Source: Bacteroidales bacterium (GTDB lineage: Bacteria; Bacteroidota; Bacteroidia; Bacteroidales; JAAYUG01). Taken from it: a stretch of 64,000 nt of DNA. This document shows, one piece after another, positions 53,516 through 62,600 of this stretch; the first letter of the stretch is position 1; each line of letters opens with the position of its first letter. Location: positions 667-64,666 of the forward strand of contig JAAYUG010000028.1 of assembly GCA_012517825.1 (NCBI GenBank). The letters run 5' to 3'. A program made the position numbers and the translations under genes. The notes under the pieces were generated by a model. It did not search any database. It saw only the letters and a program-made list of their open reading frames with translations, and had not been told where the DNA came from.

Positions 53516-55666
53516 GTGGTCCGTCAGATTATTTTAGCAATAGTCTTATCAGCATTCTGTCTTTTGTCAAAGAGTCAGATTGTAATAAGCGGCATTGTTC
53601 TGGATCAGAAAAGGAATCCTCTTCCGGGGGCCAATGTATACTTTGAAGGATCGTTTAACGGTACCATAACCGACACAGCAGGTAAGTTTGTCCTCAAAGA
53701 ACAAGAACCTGAATTGAATATTTTGGTTATCAGCTATATGGGTTATAATGAAAAACGGATAACAATCGACAGGAAGCAAAAATCTGTTTTTCTTGAAATC
53801 AGGATGGAAGAAAAAATGACCGCATTGAAGGATGTGGTAATTACGGCCGGAACGTTTGGAAGTACCGATCAAAAAAAAGCTGTAATTCTCAATGCCTATG
53901 ATATTGCCACAACAGCTTCTGCCATGGGTGATATTTACGGAGCCTTGCATACCTTGCCCGGAAATTCCTTTGTGGGTGAAGACGGTGGTTTATTTGTAAG
54001 AGGGGGGGAAGGAAATGAGGCAAGAACTTTTATCGAGGGTTTGCTGGTTCATAAACCTTATACTTCGCGAATGCCTGATTTGCCGGCAAGAGGGCGATTC
54101 AGTCCGGTTTTGTTTTCAGGAACGATGTTCAGTACAGGAGGATTTTCGGCTGAATACGGGCAGGCAATGTCATCGGCTCTTATTCTCTCGACTGAAGGTA
54201 CTGTTGCCAGGAAAGGAACCAATTTCGGCATACTTCCTTTTGGAGGCAGTGCTTCGCATGCACAATCTTTTCACGATGGAGCCCTATCGGTTTCCGGGGA
54301 TTATTTCAACATGAGATACTATTATAAGCTGTTTCCTCAGGAGATATGCTGGATAAAAGAACCGGAAACCATGACCGGCAATCTGATGTACCGCCAAAAA
54401 ATACGGCAAAAAGGAATGCTGAAGGTTTTTGCTGCTGCAGAATTCAGCAGCAGTATCCTCTCTATAGAAGAACCGGGCACTGCCAATATGACCAGATATG
54501 GTCTGCAGAATTCCAATGGGTATTGGAATGCGGTGTACTCTCAGGAATTAAGTAATCTATGGTCAATGCGAACGGGATTTTCCATTACAGCAGACAGAGA
54601 TAATATTAAACCTGCGGAGGATCATTTTACGGCTACTGAAACCGATCTGTATGTGAAACAGGTTTTTTCGCGAAGTGAACAAAAAAATCTGAGTCTGAAG
54701 GCAGGTGCTGAAATGAATTTACGCAATTACCGCCAGATCTATTTCAGGCAAAGCGATGGATTATCGGTCAGGCAGGGTCTGAATGGATTAGAATCTGCTG
54801 TTTTTACCGAAGGAGAATATAAAATTGCTGGAAAAGTAAGCCTGCGGGGAGGATTAAGAAGTGAATATAACGAGTACAACAAAGAACTAAATCTTTCACC
54901 CCGTTTTGCAGTTGCATTCAAAACATCTGATTTTAGTCAGATTTCGGCAGCATGGGGTTATTACACCCAGCTTCCCGAAACCAGGTATTTGATGATTAAC
55001 CATGAACTGACCAACCAGCAGGCTATCCATTATATTGTTAACTATCAATGGATAAAGCAGAATCAAACTTTCAGGGCAGAAATCTATTACAAGAACTACC
55101 AGCATCTTCTTCGGTATGATTCATTATATGCCCCATACAAATATCAGTATAATTCAGGTGGATATGGTTTTGCCAGAGGAATCGATTTATTCTGGAGGGA
55201 TAAAAAAACATTGAAAAATGCGGATTACTGGTTATCTTATTCATATCTTGACACCAGAAGACTGTTTCATGATTACCCGGTAGCAGCTCGTCCGCCGTGG
55301 TTTCCTGACCACACTTTCTCAGCCGTTTATAAACAGTATTTTTCACGGATTAACATACAATTGCTTTCTTCCTTTTCGGCGATGAGCGGAAGGCCTTATG
55401 AAGACCCCAATAAGGAAGGATTCATGAACAGCACAACTCCTGTTTACACCGATCTGAGTATTGGTGGCAGCTATGTTCTTATAAAAAAAGCAAATCTGTA
55501 CATATTACATGCCCAGATAACCAATGTTCTTGGATCGAAACAGATTTACGGCTACCGGTATGCAAAAGAACCCGATGCGAATGGTTTTTATGCCTTTAAA
55601 CAACTCAAACCGCCTGTCAAAAGAATGTTCATTGTTGGTATCTTTTTATATTTCAATTACTTTTAA
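53516..55666 (+). CDS. TonB-dependent receptor with an N-terminal carboxypeptidase-regulatory-like domain
   Basis: Signal peptide, ISGIVLDQKRNPLPGANVY..G....TD..G.F CarbopepD_reg-like domain, a plug region (VVITAG..GS...), and a beta-barrel ending in aromatic ...LYFNYF. Confidence 0.8.
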   Translation: MVRQIILAIVLSAFCLLSKSQIVISGIVLDQKRNPLPGANVYFEGSFNGTITDTAGKFVLKEQEPELNILVISYMGYNEKRITIDRKQKSVFLEIRMEEKMTALKDVVITAGTFGSTDQKKAVILNAYDIATTASAMGDIYGALHTLPGNSFVGEDGGLFVRGGEGNEARTFIEGLLVHKPYTSRMPDLPARGRFSPVLFSGTMFSTGGFSAEYGQAMSSALILSTEGTVARKGTNFGILPFGGSASHAQSFHDGALSVSGDYFNMRYYYKLFPQEICWIKEPETMTGNLMYRQKIRQKGMLKVFAAAEFSSSILSIEEPGTANMTRYGLQNSNGYWNAVYSQELSNLWSMRTGFSITADRDNIKPAEDHFTATETDLYVKQVFSRSEQKNLSLKAGAEMNLRNYRQIYFRQSDGLSVRQGLNGLESAVFTEGEYKIAGKVSLRGGLRSEYNEYNKELNLSPRFAVAFKTSDFSQISAAWGYYTQLPETRYLMINHELTNQQAIHYIVNYQWIKQNQTFRAEIYYKNYQHLLRYDSLYAPYKYQYNSGGYGFARGIDLFWRDKKTLKNADYWLSYSYLDTRRLFHDYPVAARPPWFPDHTFSAVYKQYFSRINIQLLSSFSAMSGRPYEDPNKEGFMNSTTPVYTDLSIGGSYVLIKKANLYILHAQITNVLGSKQIYGYRYAKEPDANGFYAFKQLKPPVKRMFIVGIFLYFNYF

Positions 55667-55681
55667 CCAAAATGTAAGTCT

Positions 55682-56317
55682 ATGAAACCGTTTGTTTTTT
55701 TCTTTTTTTTGGTCATTCCTCTGGCCACCTTTTCGCAGGAGACCAGATATGAAAAGGCCATGAAAGAGCAGCTTTTGGCTCTTGATACAACTAGTAGCAA
55801 TGAGGGGCTGACAAAGATTGCAATGGCTTTTGAAAGAATTACAAGGGCTGATACTTCTCAATGGCTGCCGGCATATTATGCCGCTTATGTGAACGTAATG
55901 GTCAGCTTTAATGAAAATGATCCTGTGCGGAAAGATGCCATACTTGATAAAGCCGAGGAAATGCTGAATGTTGCAAAATCCCGTAAACCCAATGAATCAG
56001 AAAATTGCGTAGTGGAAGCTTTTCTGTACCTGGGAAGAATTCAGGCTTATCCGATGGAACGCGGGATGGAATATTCCCTGCGTGCCAATGCTGAGCTCGA
56101 CAGGGCTATTTCATTAAATCCTGATAATCCGAGAGCTTATTATTTAAAGGGTACAACTATTTATTATACCCCTGAGCAATTTGGCGGAGGAAAGGATAAT
56201 GCCATGCCCTATCTGCTGAAGGCTAAAGAAAAATTCAGTCAGTTTTCTTCTCCTTCTGCTTTCTGGCCTTCATGGGGAAAAGAACATCTGGAGTCGATTC
56301 TGAAAGGCGGCCAGTAA
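55682..56317 (+). CDS. Hypothetical secreted all-alpha (TPR-like) protein
   Basis: Signal peptide MKPFVFFFFLVIPLATFSQE, helical repeats (...LDRAISLNPDNPRAYYLKG...). It starts 15 nt after the TonB-dependent receptor gene. Confidence 0.55.
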   Translation: MKPFVFFFFLVIPLATFSQETRYEKAMKEQLLALDTTSSNEGLTKIAMAFERITRADTSQWLPAYYAAYVNVMVSFNENDPVRKDAILDKAEEMLNVAKSRKPNESENCVVEAFLYLGRIQAYPMERGMEYSLRANAELDRAISLNPDNPRAYYLKGTTIYYTPEQFGGGKDNAMPYLLKAKEKFSQFSSPSAFWPSWGKEHLESILKGGQ

Positions 56318-56378
56318 AATTCGGTTCCTTTCTGTAAGGATAAAATATTCCTGTCATTAAAAAGAGAATGTATTATTG

Positions 56379-56416
56379 CCGGAAACAGGATGTAAATTCT
56401 GTTTCCGGACTTTTTT
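56379..56416 (+). terminator. Rho-independent terminator
   Basis: CCGGAAACAG / CTGTTTCCGG 10-bp stem, 10-nt loop, then AC + T6. Confidence 0.8.
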
Positions 56417-56473
56417 ACAGGCACCTTCTTCTTTCTCCTGCAGATACGGCAAAATTCTTAACTTAGTGCCATC

Positions 56474-57166
56474 ATGAAAACTCTGGTTGTATTAACGGGA
56501 GCTGGCATAAGTGCCGAAAGCGGGCTCAAAACTTTCCGTGATTCAGGAGGGCTTTGGGAAAATTATGATGTTATGGAAGTTGCCAGTATTTACGGCTGGG
56601 AAAAGAATCCCGGGCTGGTGCTGAGGTTTTACAACGAACGACGCCGGCAACTGGCAACAGCAAAGCCCAATTACGGGCATATAGGTCTTGCAGAACTGGA
56701 ACAACATTTTCATGTTCATATCATTACCCAGAATATTGATGATTTGCATGAACGGGCCGGAAGTACCCGGGTGCTTCATCTTCACGGAGAGCTTAACAAG
56801 GCCCAGAGTACCGCTGATCCGTCACTCATATATGACGTTACAGGCAAGGATATAAACCTGGGAGATCTCTGTGAAAAGGGTTCTCAGTTACGGCCTTTTG
56901 TGGTTTGGTTCGGAGAGCCCGTACCTGCTATGGAAGAAGCAGTGGCATTGGCCGGGAAGGCAGATATATTTGCTGTCATCGGTTCTTCGCTTGTGGTTTA
57001 CCCGGCGGCAGGGCTTCTGGAGTTTGTGCCTGAACATGTTCCTGTATTTGTTGTTGATCCTAATGAGGTAACCGTACCTTACAGGAAAAAGGTTGTCTAT
57101 ATTAAGGAAAAAGCGAGCAAGGGAGTTAAAATTCTGAAAGAAAAACTGCTTTCTGAATATGCCTGA
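56474..57166 (+). CDS. cobB: NAD-dependent protein deacylase (Sir2 family)
   Basis: VLTGAGISAESGL.TFR, ITQNIDDLHERAG, LHLHG. Confidence 0.9.
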   Translation: MKTLVVLTGAGISAESGLKTFRDSGGLWENYDVMEVASIYGWEKNPGLVLRFYNERRRQLATAKPNYGHIGLAELEQHFHVHIITQNIDDLHERAGSTRVLHLHGELNKAQSTADPSLIYDVTGKDINLGDLCEKGSQLRPFVVWFGEPVPAMEEAVALAGKADIFAVIGSSLVVYPAAGLLEFVPEHVPVFVVDPNEVTVPYRKKVVYIKEKASKGVKILKEKLLSEYA

Positions 57167-57779
57167 AAGAAAGGTGTTGCTTTGGTTGTTGTTTTTGTCG
57201 TTTGTCCCGTTTCAAATGAAGGCGCAGGCCTTTACGGGAGGTTTGCTGGGAGGTTTGTCGGTCAATCAGATCGACGGTGATGAATATGCCGGATACGATA
57301 AAGCCGGTATTGTTTTTGGAGGATGGGTGCGCACCAATACAACAGGGCCTTTTCAGGTGCAGGGCGAAATACGTTATTTTGGAAAGGGTGCAGGCAACCG
57401 GGCCAATCCCGATCAGCCCGACAGGTATTACAGGGTGCGGCTGCGTTATATTGAAGTTCCTGTGCTTTTACGGTATACTGTCTCATCGCGTATTCCTTTG
57501 GGGTTGGGTCTTTCAGCCGGGTATCTTGCAGAGGCAAAAGAAGATCTTACCGGCGACGGATATATTGATCCGGTGCGAAAATTCAGGAGATTAGAACTGG
57601 CAGGACAGGCAACGGCAGGGTATGACTTTTCTTCCCATATAACAGGGGAGATACGTTTTTCGTACAGTCTGATTCCTGTAAGGGATCATCCGGGCGGGCA
57701 GACTTTTCTGGGTAACCTGGGTCAGTATAACAATAACCTGTCGTTTTGTATTCTTTATATGCTGGGAGGAAGAAGGTGA
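57159..57779 (+). CDS. Outer-membrane beta-barrel (porin/PorT-like family) protein
   Basis: Signal peptide, alternating beta-strand pattern, ...YIEVPVLLRY... motif, aromatic-rich C-terminus. Confidence 0.55.
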   Translation: MPERKVLLWLLFLSFVPFQMKAQAFTGGLLGGLSVNQIDGDEYAGYDKAGIVFGGWVRTNTTGPFQVQGEIRYFGKGAGNRANPDQPDRYYRVRLRYIEVPVLLRYTVSSRIPLGLGLSAGYLAEAKEDLTGDGYIDPVRKFRRLELAGQATAGYDFSSHITGEIRFSYSLIPVRDHPGGQTFLGNLGQYNNNLSFCILYMLGGRR

Positions 57780-58360
57780 TGAACGATAACCGCCATGTTC
57801 GGCTACTGATAGGTATTACTGGTGCCAGCGGAAGCATCTATGCAAAAAAATTGCTGGAAAGAATTGCCAACATGCCGGACAAACCGGAACAGACCGCGGT
57901 TATCTTCAGCGAAGCAGGTGAAAAGGTATGGCAGTACGAGCTGGGAGACACGTCTTTCGGAACATTGCCTTTTACGGTATACAGGAATGATGATCTGTTT
58001 GCACCTCCGGCTTCCGGCTCGGCAGGCTTTACCGCAATGGTTATTTGTCCGTGTTCGGTTGGCACATTAGGGAGAATAGCTGCCGGCACAGCTGAAAGTT
58101 TGATAACGCGTGCGGCAGATGTTATGCTGAAGGAAAGACGAAAACTGATTCTGGTCATCCGTGAAGCTCCGTTGAATGTGATTCATATCCGGAATATGGA
58201 GACCGTTACCCTGGCCGGGGGAATTATTTTTCCGGCCAGTCCGGGTTTCTATTACCCCGAAAAGGATCTGGACAGTATTATAAACCATTTTGTTGAAAGG
58301 GTTCTCGAGACTGCCGGAATCAAAATTCACGGCAGGTACAGTTGGGGTTCTTCCCGCTAG
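57779..58360 (+). CDS. ubiX: UbiX-family flavin prenyltransferase
   Basis: LLIGITGASGSIYA..., ...MVICPCSVGTLGRIA.G....LI.RAADV.LKERRKLILV.RE.PL. The ATG overlaps the upstream TGA. Confidence 0.9.
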   Translation: MNDNRHVRLLIGITGASGSIYAKKLLERIANMPDKPEQTAVIFSEAGEKVWQYELGDTSFGTLPFTVYRNDDLFAPPASGSAGFTAMVICPCSVGTLGRIAAGTAESLITRAADVMLKERRKLILVIREAPLNVIHIRNMETVTLAGGIIFPASPGFYYPEKDLDSIINHFVERVLETAGIKIHGRYSWGSSR

Positions 58361-59049
58361 GCAACAGCCAGGGTTGCAACACTTACTTTTGTGTCAGGTA
58401 CAGTCAGGATTTCATGCGCACATGATTCCAATGTAGCGCCCGTTGTTACCACATCATCAACCAGCAAAATGTGCTTCCCCTGTATTGCTTCAGGTTTAAT
58501 GATTCGAAATATATTTTCAACATTTTTCCACCGGTCGAACCTGGATTTACGCGTCTGGGTTTCGCTGGCAATGGCCCTTACAAGGATATTTCTCCATACG
58601 GGTTTATGGAGTGCCTCTCCCAGGCCATAGGCAATCCATTCACTTTGATTGTATCCTCTTTTCTGTAATTTGTCGGGATGCAGAGGTACCGGAATGAGCA
58701 GATCGACCTCCGAAAAAACCGAACCGGCCATGTCGATTCCCATGATCCTGCCAAGTTCCTTGCCGAGTTCTTTCATTCCGCGGTATTTCATGGCATGAAC
58801 CATATGCTGAAAGTGCCCCTTTTTCTGAAAAAAGAATCCCGCCGTGCCATAAACTACAGGAACCCGACCCCAGAAAAGAACTTCCACCGGATTGTTTCGC
58901 CAGCGGTGATACCCCGTGCGGGGCAAATGATAGCGACAACGAGTGCATATTAACGACTCATTACGGAACAGGCTGGCCGAACAGCCTGCGCATAAACGAG
59001 GGAAAAAAAGATTAAGAAAATCGTCAAGATAAAGCCCGATTTGTTGCAT
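58357..59049 (-). CDS. comF: ComF-family phosphoribosyltransferase-domain protein
   Basis: N-terminal Cys pairs (FFPRLCAGCSA...CTRC), C-terminal PRPP loop ILLVDDVVTTGATL. Confidence 0.8.
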   Translation of the reverse strand: MQQIGLYLDDFLNLFFPRLCAGCSASLFRNESLICTRCRYHLPRTGYHRWRNNPVEVLFWGRVPVVYGTAGFFFQKKGHFQHMVHAMKYRGMKELGKELGRIMGIDMAGSVFSEVDLLIPVPLHPDKLQKRGYNQSEWIAYGLGEALHKPVWRNILVRAIASETQTRKSRFDRWKNVENIFRIIKPEAIQGKHILLVDDVVTTGATLESCAHEILTVPDTKVSVATLAVA

Positions 59050-59142
59050 GCCCTTTTTCTGTTAATACCAGAAAAGGGAAAAACTAGCAGAAAAATCAGC
59101 TTATCATATTATATATCAATAATATACAAATATGGCAACGGA

Positions 59143-59358
59143 TCAAGGGTTGTCATCCTTGTCGTTCTTTTTCGTTGAGGGTTTACGGATAAAAACTCCT
59201 GTCAGAAGGCCCATTACAAAGAGTATTACCATCAGTACTGAAACAGGGCACGGAATTGTCCAGAAGAATATATGTACATCGCAACTGGATGAATTCTGTA
59301 CTGAGAATACAACAAGCAAAAGCACCAATATGACGGAAAATATAAGTTTTTTATTCAT
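59143..59358 (-). CDS. LapA-domain (DUF1049-like) small membrane protein
   Basis: 71 aa, two TMs (...FSVILVLLLVVFSVQN... / ...VSVLMVILFVMGLLTGVF...) and a charged tail. Confidence 0.5.
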   Translation of the reverse strand: MNKKLIFSVILVLLLVVFSVQNSSSCDVHIFFWTIPCPVSVLMVILFVMGLLTGVFIRKPSTKKNDKDDNP

Positions 59359-59665
59359 TGCGAAATGAGTATTAGAATCATATAAAAGTAGGAAAATCTA
59401 TCCTTTGCTCCAAATTGTTGATATAAATCACCAAAAGATTGATAAATGGATAAAAAAAATCATTATTTTTACTAAGTTATTTAATTAACTGGAAATTAAG
59501 CTTTTATAAATTTTAAACATATTAACTTGATAGTCAATAAATTGATTGTTTAGTTGCTAGCACATTGGCTGAAACATTATTGCAGAAATAACGTAAACAC
59601 AAATATCTGTTGATTAGGGAGATTGTGGTGCAAAATGATTAGAAAAATAAAATTTATAGGGATAC

Positions 59666-62600
59666 ATGAGGAATAAAAAGACTATTTGCCTGGCATTGCT
59701 GGGTTTACTGGCTGGAGTTGTTATCCATGCACAGCCGATTATTCTTTCCAAGAACATTACCAATGTTAGTCCCTGCAGTTCCTCTTCCAACGGGGAGGTT
59801 ACCATCACCATCCGGAAAAACGGGACGGATCAGTTTACCTATACCATTTATAAAAATTTTCCGATTGTAACGCAATCTATTGGCCCTACAAGCGATACTG
59901 TAGTAACATTTTCCGGTTTAGAGAAAGCGAGTTACTTTTTTATTTTAAAATGGGATTTACCTTCCAGCAACGTAATGTCTGACTGGATTACAATAGGCGG
60001 ACCGGGTATAATTGATATTGCGAGTCAATCGGTTACTGCAATTACCTGTCATGGAGATAATAACGGAAGCATTACGGTTTCGGGCAGTGGAGAGACAGGA
60101 AATTATGTGTATGAGTTATTTAATTCAGTACCTGTAAAGGTTACAGAAAATGGGACGGGCGTATTTACGAACTTATCGGGGGATACCTATACTGTACGTG
60201 TATCGGATGTTACCTGTCCGGGTTCAAAAACAAGCAGTCCGTTAACAGTGCAGGATCCACCGCCTATTTCAATTACAGGGACCAGTTCTGCCAATGTTAA
60301 CTGTTATGGTGCCAGTAACGGAAGCATTCAGGTAACAGCCTCAGGGGGTACCGGCACACTCACCTACACCATTTCGCCGGGAGGATCGGCCAATAATAAT
60401 GGTTTGTTCACTAATCTGGGACCGGGAACCTATACTGTATCGGTAACCGATGCAAATAATTGTCCGGCGGCTGTGGCGGGACCGGTAACGATTACCGAGC
60501 CGGCAGTGCTGAATGCCAGCGTGGCATCTACCAATGTAACCTGTTTCGGATCAGCCGATGGAACTATCTCTATTACCAGTCCGAGCGGAGGTTCCGGTAA
60601 TTACCAGTATTCCATCAACGGTGGTTCTTCCTGGCAGGGTTCGGGGAATTACACTGGTCTGCCAGCGGGCACATACGATGTCAGATTGCGCGATCAGGCG
60701 GTGCCCACCTGTGAAGTTGTCCTTAGCGGGAGTCTAACAATAACTCAGCCAGCAGTTCTTAATGCAACTGTTTTATCAACCAATGTGACTTGTTTTGGTG
60801 GAAATAACGGCTCTATTACATTGTCATCGCCAACCGGAGGCTCCGGTCAGTATGAATTTACCATTAACGGAGGAACATCCTGGAGTTCTTCCGGCACCTT
60901 TACTTCATTAACAGCCGGAACCTATGATGTGCGTATGCGCGACAAACTTCAGCCATCCTGCGAAAAGGTGCTTAACGGAAGCCTTCAGATTACTCAGCCA
61001 TTGCAGATGAGTGCTACTGTTTCCAAAACCGATGTAACGGGATGCTATGGCTATACGAATGGTTCAATTACAATTTCGTCTCCTGTTGGCGGATCGGGAG
61101 TATATGATTTTACTATTAACGGCGGCTCTTCCTGGCAGGGGAGCGGCAGTTTCACCAATCTGGCTGCCGGTACGTATAATGTCCAGATGCGCGACCGGAA
61201 TGTCCCGTCCTGCATAATCATTTTAAACAGCAGCCTGGTCATCAATCAGCCAGATCCTCTTACAGCCACCATAACAACAAAGGATGTTACCTGTTTCGGT
61301 AATGATGACGGAGAGATTAAATTCAACAATCCCCAGGGAGGTTCCGGATCGTACCAGTTTAGTGTTAACGGAGGTACTGTATGGCGTACCAACGGCACAT
61401 TCAGTAAAACAGCTGTTCCTCCTTATCCCATTACAGCCGGAACCTATTCGCTGATGATGCGCAATACGCTTGTTCCTTATTGTCAGACAAGCCTCGGTAC
61501 CGCTGTCATCAATCAGCCGGGCCAGCTGAATGCCACACTCGTAGTTACCCAGATCACCTGTAACGGGGCAAGCAATGGCACTATTACCTTCAGCTCCGCA
61601 AGCGGTGGAAGCGGAGCGTATCAATATTCCATCAACGGAGGAACAAGCTGGAATGATAATCCCCTGTTTTCCGGATTAGCTGCCGGAACCTACAACTGCC
61701 AGATTCGTGACAAAAACGTGCCGACCTGTTCCCGCATTCTTAACAGTGCCGTAGCCATTACGGAGCCTGCTGCTCTGAATGCTGATGTTGCCAGCACGAA
61801 TGTGACCTGCAACGGAGCAAATGACGGTACAATAACTATCAGCAATCCTACCGGTGGCTGGGGTACCTATGAATTTACCATAAACGGCGGAACAAGCTGG
61901 CAATCGTCAGGAAATTATACCGGCCTTGCTCCCGCATCCTACAATGTGCAGATGCGGGATGCTGCCAATCCATCCTGTATAAAGGTGCTGAATGCAGCCC
62001 TGGTGATTACCCAGCCCAATGCACTGACTGCAACTGTCAACAAAACTGATGTTACGTGTTTCGGAGGAAATGACGGAAGCATCATCATATCCAATCCACA
62101 GGGTGGGTATGGCACCTATGAATTTTCCATTAACGGAGGATCAGCCTGGCAAGCATCGGGTACCTTTGCAGGTCTTTCTGCAGGAACGTATGATGTGCGC
62201 ATCAGGGATGCTGCCCATACGGGATGTTTTGTTGTGCTCAATCCAGCCCTTGTTATCAGTCAGCCCGGACAGCTTAATGCTGCCGTATCAAAAACTGATG
62301 TAACGGGCTGTTACGGAAATAATAACGGAGCAATAACCATTTCTTCTCCATCTGGAGGCTCAGGTGCCTATCAGTATAGCATTAACGGAGGTTCTTCATG
62401 GGAGGCTTCGGGAACTTATTCAGGTCTTGTGGCAGGAACGTACGATGTACGAATCAGAGATGCAGCTGCTCCTTCCTGCACCAGAATTCTGAACAGTGCC
62501 CTTGTGATTACACAGCCGGCCCAGCTGAACGGAACTGTAAGCAAGACCGATGTAACCTGCAACGGAGGCAATGACGGATCCATAACGATCAGTGGTGCTT

